This document shows positions 1 through 9,352 of a DNA stretch of 64,000 bases, piece after piece. Every line of letters starts with the position of its first letter. Position 1 is the stretch's first letter. This stretch comes from Schizochytrium sp. TIO01 (Eukaryota; Protista; Bigyra: Labyrinthulomycetes). The DNA lies in the NCBI GenBank assembly GCA_004764695.1, contig SMSO01000034.1, positions 434,001 to 498,000 on the forward strand, read 5' to 3'. The notes under the pieces were generated by a model. The model was not told the origin of the DNA. It did not search any database and saw nothing but the letters and a program-made list of their open reading frames with translations. The position numbers and the translations under genes were made by a program.

Positions 1-935
1 GTTTAGAAATGAAAACGTCAGCCAGGTGTTGTTAGTCTCAATCATTCTTGTACCACCACAGAACACTATGTCGCCACGACACCTAGGTCCTAGGTATTTG
101 CTAGGTTGATTAGTCTTGTTTTGGCATAATGTGATACTCTCAACGCTGATAAAGCTGCGAAGTGCGTGAAAGCGTCTTCAAGTTGTTATCGATCTCCACT
201 GCTACTAAAACGCGAGAAAATGTGCTGGCGATGAAACGTACTCTAGTGTTGTCAGATTGGTGCAGTGCTTCAGCGCCTCAGCAAGGGCCTTGGTGCCCTC
301 ATCATCAATTCTATTAGAGGAGAGACTGTGTTGTTTGTGGTTTAGAAATAAAAACGTCAGCCAGGTGTTGTTAGTCTCAATCATTCTTGTACCACCACAG
401 AACACTATGTTGCCACCACACCTAGGTCCTAGGTTTTTGCACGCTTAGTTGGATATGTTGTGGCATTTTATGATACTCTCCACCCTGATACAGCTGCGAA
501 GTGCGTGAAAGCTTCTTCAAGTTGTTATCGATCTCCACTGCTACTAAAATGCGAGAAAACGTGCTGGCGATGAAACGTACTCTAGTGTTGTCAAATTGGT
601 ACAGCTCTTCAGTGCCTCAGCAAGGGCCTTGGTGCTCTCAGCGTCAATGTCGTTAGAGGAGAGACTGTGTTGTTTGTGGTTTAGAAATGAAAACGTCAGC
701 CAGGTGTTGTTAGTCTCAATCATTCTTGTACCACCACAGAACACTATGTCGCCACGACACCTAGGTCCTAGGTATTTGCTAGGTTGATTAGTCTTGTTTT
801 GGCATAATGTGATACTCTCAACGCTGATAAAGCTGCGAAGTGCGTGAAAGCGTCTTCAAGTTGTTATCGTTCTCTACTGCTACTAAAGCGCGAGAAAGCG
901 TGCTGGCTGTGAAACGTACTCTAGCGTTTTCAGAT
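1..935. repeat. 339-bp tandem repeat (84-bp LRR exon + 255-bp intron), about 2.8 copies visible
   Basis: GTTTAGAAAT(G/A)AAAACGTCAGCCAGG recurs at 1, 340 and 679; ACCTAGGTCCTAGGT recurs at 81, 420 and 759. Confidence 0.97.
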
Positions 936-1368
936 TGTTGCATCTCTTCAGCGCATCAGCAAGAGCGTTCATATATTGTCCATCGAAGAAGGAGAAGGAG
1001 GAACCAAAACCAGAAGCGTTTCGTCCGAAGGAACCGAAACGTGAAGCGTTGTGTCCGAAGGAACCGAAACGAGAAGCGTTGCTTCTGAAGGAGGAACCAA
1101 AACCAGAATTGTTCATCCTGTGTGATGTTAAATAAATGTTAACAAGCCGTGAGACAAGTCAGTTGGTGCTGTTCACTCTTGAAAATCATTCCAAATCAAC
1201 ACTACAATACGCTTTGGTGACTGTTCTTCAGTGTCCGTATTTGTCATATACGTCAACTTCAGTGCTGCTGGCTTCTTTTAAATCTGAAGAGATTGCTAAT
1301 CTAATAAGCACTTACATCACCTCCGTGGTGCTCTCACAAATTTCCTCGATTTTCTTTGCCGTGAGCAT
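242..1368 (-). CDS. Multi-exon RI-like (28-aa) leucine-rich repeat protein, 5' part; continues off the left edge. Exons 1368-1316, 1117-920, 664-581, 325-242
   Basis: ATG at 1368, then MLTAKKIEEICESTTEV-AT|GTAAG donor. Each following exon is bounded by CAG and GTACG, and all introns are phase 2. Splicing gives ...ALADALKRCNNLKTLDLSSNDIDAESTKALAEALKSCTNLTTLDLSSNRIDDEGTKALAEALKHCTNLTTL(D), a canonical LxxLxLxxNxI repeat. Confidence 0.85.
994..1110. repeat. ~30-bp coding minisatellite in LRR exon 2 (NASRFGSFGx / NxSGFGSSF)
   Basis: GAAGGAACCGAAACG.GAAGCGTT-type units are repeated in frame on the minus strand. Confidence 0.9.
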
Positions 1369-2639
1369 CGTGCTACAGTCTCTGCTTTGAGCAAACTTGC
1401 CACACTGATTGATGTCCCTCTGCTTTAAATTCAGATTCTTCCCTTGTCAGAAGAAGAAAGACCTCACAAGAACTCTGCGTGATGCTGAGCGAGCGCCTTT
1501 GGAACGCAAGGCTTGCTTTCAAGCACTAGAGTAGCACAGCGCTTGATCGTTGCAGATTTGTCGCATTCATTCAGTACTTTGCGCTGAGAATTCTCAATGC
1601 TAGCTTTGACGAGACTAAATATCCTGTATTTACTTTCCTTTAAAAGGTCCGTTGAGTCAATTTTTTCTGAGAGCGCAAGGAGTCAAACTGGATTTTGGAC
1701 AAAGGTAGTCAAGATAACCTTACGCTTTAGCTGAGCAAGACCATAGGCGCCTACATAGAAGACTTGTGCATTTGGTGAATGCGCGTATTGACGAGAGTCT
1801 CTTGTGGATTTACTGCAGCTTTGAAATTGGGGAGTAGTGTGTTATGATGTTTTTGAACTGCTATTCGTTAATAGAAGCAACCCAAGGGTTTTCGAAATAG
1901 ATGTTCTTTTAAGGTGGATATCTGTTCTTTTAAGGTGGTTGCTTGTGTTGATCTTCTTTTCAGTCTAATCAACTCTCTTCCTTAGTAGCTACACAACACA
2001 TACATTTTGAGAACACGCTATATCCTCCTAAAATGTGCTGCTTGATAGCCAGCACAGTAGTTGGATTAAACCAGTCTATGGCACCGCTTGGCATCTGCGT
2101 TAACGTCAAAGCTAAAGCCACAAGTCTGCTCGTAGATATAAGTTAGTCTGATTTTGGCAGTTCCAGGTTCTTCGAGGTATAGATTTATAGATAAATGTAT
2201 AAATCTCTAAGCTAAGTAAGAAACATCAGTTTGTACACCTGGCGCCGCAAACTTAAGATGTTATCGATTGGTCTCGTGATCGCAGCGTGAACAAGAGGTA
2301 CATGACCACCATCATCGCCATTCGCTAAACCGCACTCTCCCTCGCTCACACACAGTGTCCAGTTTACAGAACTCTTACAGAACTCCCAAGGAACCTGCAA
2401 ATCAAGCATTCACCAATTTATTTATTTCTGCCTCGTCGTCGATGGTTTTGGGTTGTCGCTTATGTCACTCATACCTTTCAAGATTCTTGTACGTGGGTCG
2501 GCGGCAGGGAGGTGACTGGCTAGCTGCGAAGATGTGTGCTTCACATGATGCGCTTGCTAAACTTAGTTTTCTCGCATTGCACTTCCAATTGGATTGCCAT
2601 AGTGTCTCGATAGTAAAAGGGAGTCATTAGTTAACTTCT

Positions 2640-2672
2640 TGTTGTTGTTGTTGTTGTTGTTGTTGATGTTGT
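2640..2672. repeat. (GTT)n microsatellite
   Basis: gttgttgttgttgttgttgttgttgatgttg. Confidence 0.95.
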
Positions 2673-2888
2673 GAGAATTACCATGCTCACTCACCTTTGC
2701 ACGAAGTACCAGCCTCTGGTCTCGGCACATCATCTTGCTTCGAGTCCGCAGCGTCTACGTCCACGCCTGTGCCAGCGATAACTTCACTGCGAGGAGGGAA
2801 GCCACGCGTGCTCCTCCTCGGACTGTGACTCGCGATTCGACGAAGACGTTCAGGAAAGAGAGACTTCGCAACACATTTATTCGTGGCC

Positions 2889-4943
2889 ATGGAAGATCTC
2901 AGCGCCGTCGCTGTAGGGGACCAGGGAGCCGAAAAAGCTTGGATGTACAAGTATACACAGTCCAAAAGACCATCTGGCGAGCAGTTATTGAGGCTTAGAG
3001 CAACTAGCACTTCCTCAAGTTCGTCCAACTTGCCTGCGTCGCCTTCAGCGGCTTCGTCGTCGGCACCAAATTTGGAAAATACCCGAAGGAATGATCATTT
3101 TGGCGAAGAGAGGTTTCTAGACGACTGCATCTTTGATGATATCTTTGAAGGAAATGGAGAATTACTTGAGTTCACGGAGGATATCAACGTACCTCAGTCA
3201 GCTTCATCAAGCTGGCAGGAGTCCAATGGACACAAGGGAGACATCCCTCTCAGAAGCGATGCCGAGTGCCAACAACGATTTGCGAGCAACCCCTTCGAGC
3301 AAGCATTTGAGCTGATCATGGCTGCTTTGGAAGGAAACTTTCACAAAGAGATACCTGTCCGTATGGCAGCCTCCCCTGTACCAAAGGATGTTGCGTGCTT
3401 TTACGTCGTCCCTGCAATTGAAGAGCAAGAGAACAAGATGATAGAAGAGCCAGAACTTGTGAGCGTCAAATACCAGAGCTTTGCAAGTGGTAAAGTCTGG
3501 TGGTCTCCACGTACAGGCGGCCATTCAGGTGTTGTGGCAAGGGCAATGAACCGTGGTGTTCGCATATCAGGAACTTTGGGTGAAAAGCATGGTTTCACTG
3601 GCCGATGGTTCTCGCTAGTGAACAGGAGCAACTTGCAAGACACAGTTAAAGGTGCGAAGTGCCGCTCCGCAGTTTCACACGGCGCGCCATCATTAGTATT
3701 TATGTGGCAGAATTCTCATTCAGCAAAGCATGTGCCTAAGATACCTGTTCGTGTCTGTGTCCCACAATACATGTCGCCAGTTTTACCAGAAATAAAGGAA
3801 ATCGTTGAGAATAACAAAGTCTGTGGTAAGGCCGTGCAAGATAGTCAAGCTTCACCCCAAGAAAATGTTGATGCCACGTTAATATCCCATGGTGGAAGCT
3901 ATGGATCTGACTCAAGTTTCACAGAGTCAAAGTTTCTTCAACGGTATGAAGAACTCCCCTTCACAAAACCCCGTGGAATGGAGCTAATAAGCGAAGCTGA
4001 TGGGTTTGTAAATATTTACAGCGCCCTACACGTAAGAGGAAAGTCGGTAGTGGCAGGCAATGCCCATACAGCGTCTATCAGCACACAGGGGAGTCTTCGT
4101 GCTATGCAAGGTATCCATGGCCTCTTAACTACCTCACCGAAGATGGCAGATTATGCAGAATGGTTCGAATTGATGGATCAACATGACAAGGTTGGCCCAG
4201 GAGATGTCGTGCAGTTACGGTCGCCTCAGCAGCGCGTGAGTAAGAGCACTTCAGGTTACGGCCCGCTTTTAGTGGTTAGTACATCGCCATCGATAGCTGC
4301 AGGGGTGCCAGAGTCTCGGAGGAAGCAACTCCGGGGTGTTCTATGCGGTTTCCTAGGGCAAGTCCCTGTCAAATGTATGGGGCCTGTTGAATGCGGCGAT
4401 CTTTTGGTCCCTAGCGGCCTTCATGATGGATTCGCGATTGCTGGGCGACGTTCGCACGCTGACCAGATCCAGCCTTTAGGATATGCAATGGAAACTTGTG
4501 GTGATGGTGAGCACATGCTCAATTGCCTTGTTCGATGGGATTCTGATCCACGGTGGAAGATTCTTCGGGAGCAGCGCATCTCCGAGCTACATTACAAGTG
4601 GTATTGGGAAGTATTACCTAAACATGCCGTGAGTATTCTTGTCCGCTTCATTTTGCTTAAATCATCTGCCATCGAGCCGACTTTTAGTACGACAACAGCT
4701 TTTTATGGGCTGGGCATGGAGTGTTGCTTGGTAGCAGTCCTTGTGTTAACCGAGCGAATAACTGGTCGTTGGGTCCAAACAAAACCTTTCTTGTCTATAT
4801 ACAAAACGTTCATGAGTATGTATCTGCTCTCGCAAACTTTTTCTGGTTGTAGTGGCTCTGAAAATGTTTCACCGCAAGATTTGTCAAAGCTCGGACTTGA
4901 TATTGGATTTTTACTTATTGATATAGGGTTTCGCCTCCTTTGA
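2889..4943 (+). CDS. Protein with Peptidase_G2-type intramolecular-chaperone autocleavage domain and C-terminal hydrophobic helices (MYRF-like layout)
   Basis: Long ORF with first ATG at 2889. Motif series ADYAEWFE...GPGDVV...VVSTSPS...FLGQVPVKCMGPVECGDLLVPSG...LGYAME matches the phi29 gp12/Peptidase_G2 signature. The last ~130 aa are hydrophobic. Confidence 0.8.
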   Translation: MEDLSAVAVGDQGAEKAWMYKYTQSKRPSGEQLLRLRATSTSSSSSNLPASPSAASSSAPNLENTRRNDHFGEERFLDDCIFDDIFEGNGELLEFTEDINVPQSASSSWQESNGHKGDIPLRSDAECQQRFASNPFEQAFELIMAALEGNFHKEIPVRMAASPVPKDVACFYVVPAIEEQENKMIEEPELVSVKYQSFASGKVWWSPRTGGHSGVVARAMNRGVRISGTLGEKHGFTGRWFSLVNRSNLQDTVKGAKCRSAVSHGAPSLVFMWQNSHSAKHVPKIPVRVCVPQYMSPVLPEIKEIVENNKVCGKAVQDSQASPQENVDATLISHGGSYGSDSSFTESKFLQRYEELPFTKPRGMELISEADGFVNIYSALHVRGKSVVAGNAHTASISTQGSLRAMQGIHGLLTTSPKMADYAEWFELMDQHDKVGPGDVVQLRSPQQRVSKSTSGYGPLLVVSTSPSIAAGVPESRRKQLRGVLCGFLGQVPVKCMGPVECGDLLVPSGLHDGFAIAGRRSHADQIQPLGYAMETCGDGEHMLNCLVRWDSDPRWKILREQRISELHYKWYWEVLPKHAVSILVRFILLKSSAIEPTFSTTTAFYGLGMECCLVAVLVLTERITGRWVQTKPFLSIYKTFMSMYLLSQTFSGCSGSENVSPQDLSKLGLDIGFLLIDIGFRLL

Positions 4944-5488
4944 TATCTCATATGGCGGTCGCTTTTGTAGGGTAAATCATTTCTCTCGAAGTTTACTCTA
5001 TTTTAGTAGGAGAATGTTCAGGATGTCATGTCACAACTTTTAATGTACGTAATCGGCACATATTTAACATTCTACTTAAGGAGTACAATTTAGCTTGCCT
5101 CTATCTAACATGATTTAATTCATGTTATAGTTGTGCGTCCTATGTATGTATATTCAAAAATGATTTTTATTTCTTTGATGATCTTTTCGTTTTATATTTC
5201 TCTTTGTGAATACCAAAGAAAAACAAAGAAGTTGGTGAATTTTATGAGAAAGATATTTATTTTCGAAATGAGGGGAACATAGAGGAGTAACGAGATGTTA
5301 TAGCTCGTCATACAGTATTACGTGGGTGATGTGCAAAATAGCTAGAGACGTCCAAAGCAACGCTCTTGACAGTAGAAGAACAATTTAGTGCCACATAATT
5401 GCTTTCCTTAAAGGAAAATATATAAAAGTAGCTTGTCCTAGGTTTTCGTTTGAAATAAATTGCCGAGAAAAGAGGAAAAATCAGCATA

Positions 5489-7045
5489 TTACTTGCGGAT
5501 GTTTTCGAGGGTCATTTCGTCGTAAACCTCGGCAAGAGCGACGACGTATCCGGCACGAATTCCCTCCATGGAACGACGACGCAGATATTCAGGTTTCTCG
5601 GGTCCAAGAAGTGCCTGAATACGCTCGAGAGGAGTCTTGGCACGTTCGGCCTTCTTACGCATTTCATCCTCTGATAGATATGGGCTCGCGGAGCGAGACT
5701 GGGCCACGCGCAGGAGCTCGTCCATGCTGGGTTCACCGCTGGCACCACTGCGGCTTTGGCTCTTACGACTGCTGCTGCGACGGAAGAGGCTCTTGCGAAG
5801 ACTTGTCCTCTCAGGAACTTTCTCGTTTACGACAGTTCGCAGTGATTCCACAGCAGCTTTAGCCTGTTCACTACTGGGATTGATCTCCTGTGCACGCTGA
5901 AAGCTGCGAAGAGCCTCTTCGGGTTTATCCTGCATAAGGCGAGCGTATCCAAGATTGTAGTGAATTGAAGAGTCCTTTTGTGCAGGGTCCAATTTTGCAG
6001 CCCGCTCAAGCACCTCAGCAGCCTGGTCAAAGTCGCGCTCATGAATAAGAATGGTACCCAAGAGGCCAAGAGCCACATGGTTCTCTGGCTCGGCACTGAC
6101 CACAAGCTCAAGAGGTGCCTTGGCCTCAGCATCACGACCGAGGTTCATGAGTGCAACAGCGTAGTTGAAGTTCACCATCGGGTCATTGCGGGGCTGGTCA
6201 TCTAGCTCCATCGACCTCTCGAGATACTCAACAGCAGAGGCAAAATCCTTCTGACGTAAGTACACTGTGCCGAGTGAAACAGGAATGCGCCAGTTTTTGT
6301 CATCTTGCTCCATCGCCTGCTTCAAGACGCTAATGGCCTCGTCTTCTTTCTCAACCTGAATGAGGCATACACCATACGGGAACAAGTTCTGTGGAGCATC
6401 GTCACCATCGCAAGCGCGCTTTAAGTACTTTTCAGCCTCATTAAACTTGCCGTCTGACATGAGCTGTGAGCCCTTTTGAGCGAGCACCATACCATATAGC
6501 TCACGCTGCTCTATCGGGAGAGTTTCCATTGGAGTAGCCTTGAGGATCGCCTCCACATCGGGCAGAGCGTCGATAACGTGGCCAAGATTCAAGAATGAGA
6601 AGATGCGCTCGTTGTGAAGCGGCGTGTGGGAGCTGCCGATCGCCTTGAGACCATCCGCAGCAGCTTGCAGCGCGTCCTGGAAGTTTCCAGCGGCATTGAG
6701 CACATGTACATAGCTTGTCCAGATCTTCGTGTTCTTACCATCCTTGTCCAGGGCCTTACGGTAGGCTGCGGCAGCATCCGTGTTTCTGTCAAGTTGCTTG
6801 AGAGCATTGCCAAGGTTCGAGTAAGCTACCGTGAGCTCAGGCTTCAGGTCAGCTGCGCGTTGGAACGAGTCTGCAGCACCCTCTACATCCCCAGCGTTAA
6901 ACATTGCCACGCCTCTGTTGAGGAAGACCTCAGCGATGGTGTCGTTCATATCAATGATCTTGTCGTACTTGTCAATCGCATCACCAAATTTGCCTGCTGC
7001 TGAAAGCTGAGCAGCTTCATTCGCAAGATCCTGCATGCTTGCCAT
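5489..7045 (-). CDS. Tetratricopeptide-repeat protein (about 10-12 TPRs) with a basic Ser/Arg-rich tail
   Basis: Repeated TPR patterns (AYSNLGNALKQL...AYRKALDKD, HYNLGYARL...ALRSFQRAQEINP). First ATG (MASMQD) is at 7045. Confidence 0.9.
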   Translation of the reverse strand: MASMQDLANEAAQLSAAGKFGDAIDKYDKIIDMNDTIAEVFLNRGVAMFNAGDVEGAADSFQRAADLKPELTVAYSNLGNALKQLDRNTDAAAAYRKALDKDGKNTKIWTSYVHVLNAAGNFQDALQAAADGLKAIGSSHTPLHNERIFSFLNLGHVIDALPDVEAILKATPMETLPIEQRELYGMVLAQKGSQLMSDGKFNEAEKYLKRACDGDDAPQNLFPYGVCLIQVEKEDEAISVLKQAMEQDDKNWRIPVSLGTVYLRQKDFASAVEYLERSMELDDQPRNDPMVNFNYAVALMNLGRDAEAKAPLELVVSAEPENHVALGLLGTILIHERDFDQAAEVLERAAKLDPAQKDSSIHYNLGYARLMQDKPEEALRSFQRAQEINPSSEQAKAAVESLRTVVNEKVPERTSLRKSLFRRSSSRKSQSRSGASGEPSMDELLRVAQSRSASPYLSEDEMRKKAERAKTPLERIQALLGPEKPEYLRRRSMEGIRAGYVVALAEVYDEMTLENIRK

Positions 7046-8284
7046 TCTCCCAAGGTCCACACAACTAGTTGTGAACGAGGCAATGCCAAGCAAAACCTGG
7101 CGTGTGCTCCTTCGTTCTTAAAGAATAAAGCGCAATTATTCTACTTGCCCAGCGCGTGCACAATGAGTCTGAAGGCTCAAAGCGCTCGCCCTAAACCAAA
7201 CTAAGCCAAGCTCTCTTCAAGACTTTCTCCACCTTTGTCTTCGCAAGCTCAGGAAAGTAAGCTTGCACCCAGCCACCCAGGTAGTACTGGCCCAGCAGCG
7301 CGTGTCTTATGAACGGGTTTTGCTCGCTCGAGATTGTCTTGTGCACGCACAATCTCTTTCTTCACCAAGCCGATGGGGTGGCGCGGATAATACATAATCG
7401 GCATCAATGGATTTAAATAAAATATCATTTGAAACAAATCTATCTTATCGTAACTATTTGAGTAGTAGAAGTACTATTGTCTTTAAAAAAAGAAAAGAAA
7501 AGAAAGTGAAAAGAAATCACACTGTCCATGGCACTTTTTATGTTTTCTGCCTACCTAGTAGGTCATCAAGAAGAAAACCTGGAGGCAGATCAAGCAAGAA
7601 TAACTGCAGATTATGCTCAAGTTGTTGAAACAAAATATTGGTAGAAATAATAGGCCCTTTGCTCAAATCATGGCAAGTAAGGTCTCCACTACTAGAACCT
7701 ACTGGATTGCAAATTAAGTTCCTCGCCTTGTAGTAAAGTAGTAGATGGATCTCTCCTTTTCTCACTCTAAAAGAAAAAAAAATCATATTAAAAAATGCAT
7801 AACTTTGAATAACTTATAGCATATTAAAAGAATATACTGTCGTGGTCTGAAAATGAAAAATAATTATCTAGTCAAAGTTTTATTTTCACTTCCTCACCTT
7901 ATAAATCAAAGAAAATAGCAATTTCGATTGTCAGGTTCTGCGCTTGTTTGAAACTCGCTCAATGTTTTTGATAGAGAATGGCGGATCGACTTGTTCTTAC
8001 TCTTCAATTCGCAGTAGCGATTATGTATAATCGTATAGGGATATATAGCTTTCCTGCTTTTTATTAGTTTCAATAATAAGTTAATACCTTCAAATTGACT
8101 TTGGACTTTGACCTATGAACTCATTTATACACTCGCTCGCTCGTTCACCCAGCCCATATAAAGATACGCATATAAACGGGAGTGCACAGAGGCAAGTGTC
8201 TCAAACCTCTTTACATTGTTGTTATTTTCTGGATTAATGTCTATTTGGCCTCCGTCCATAGTATGCAAATTTATTGCCTGTTAG

Positions 8285-8701
8285 TTGGAATTCCATAATC
8301 GTGTACGCCCAGCTGATGCAACGAGCGATGGCACTTGCTTCTTCAGAGCATTGTTAGTTTATTGTAGTACGCTGAGCGACACGAGGGAACGTGCGTACTT
8401 CTATTTGACAGGGGTCTGGGAAAGGTCTTGGAATATGCACGTGCCAGGGATGGAGCGCACGCCCGACTAGCGGTACGTGCTATATATAAATGAATTAAAG
8501 AAAATAAATAGCATCACAATGTATTGCATAAAGTCGGCAATCGCAACGCAGTACAGAGTAACATGGCCCTGCTTTCATAATCAATCTTGCTCGAGCGAAG
8601 AAGTCTCTCTGGAACGGGCACCGTATGGAAGGTTTGCGGAAATCAGTCGCCAATCAGGGCGTCGAGGCCGGTTCGAGTTGGGAAGTGCGTGGCAGAACTA
8701 A
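8285..8701 (+). pseudogene. Degenerate OTU-like cysteine protease fragment with an in-frame stop at 8468-8470
   Basis: DGTCFFRAL resembles the OTU catalytic loop DGxCxFRA. The same frame continues after the TAG with YVLYINEL...AIATQYRV, similar to the OTU helical region. Confidence 0.5.
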
Positions 8702-9330
8702 ATACTCACTGCAGAAATTCTGGTAATGGAGAATCGCTACGGAAGAATCACTTTGAAAAATGGCTTTCTTTTCTCTAACCAGTGCTATCAACTATTAGAG
8801 TAAAAGAGCAAAGAGTAAAAGTATTTCTTTCATTTTTTCTTTCGTTCTTTCTTTCTTTCATATTGGAGAATGATGAGACAGACATATGGATAGGTGAGGG
8901 AATGAATGAATGGAAGAGCAGCAAGAAAGACAGACACCCAAATCTTCCGCAATGGGCCCACGCGTCAAAAGGGATTATGGTCTTTGAGGTCCCGAGGCAA
9001 GATGCGCTACCGTACCACATCAACTCCAATTTCCCCCAATCATCGACTGCTCGAATGAATATAGCATTGATGCATTTCTTTTCTTGCCTTCTGCAGTATG
9101 CAACAATGACGTGAAGCTTGCGCTGAGCAGGCCGCTTTTACCCGGAGATCTGTGGTGACCGTCGTTGCTTTTGATGTATGCTTTCACCAGAAGCAAAGCA
9201 ATGACACTATCACACCATCCACACCTTGCACTTGGACTATTTATGGCTAAGTCCCTAAGTCATTTGATAAGAGTCGCGATCCCATCCAGAATCCACTTTG
9301 TGCGGCGGTGGCAAATCGACTACGAGCTGG

Positions 9331-9352
9331 TATATATATATATATATATATA
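9331..9352. repeat. (TA)n microsatellite
   Basis: tatatatatatatatatatata. Confidence 0.95.

Noticed and set aside
205-787. Short ORFs 205-405, 257-448, 544-744 and 596-787 as separate genes
   Set aside because: They are read-throughs of the LRR exon/intron unit or its antisense; the splice signals explain them.
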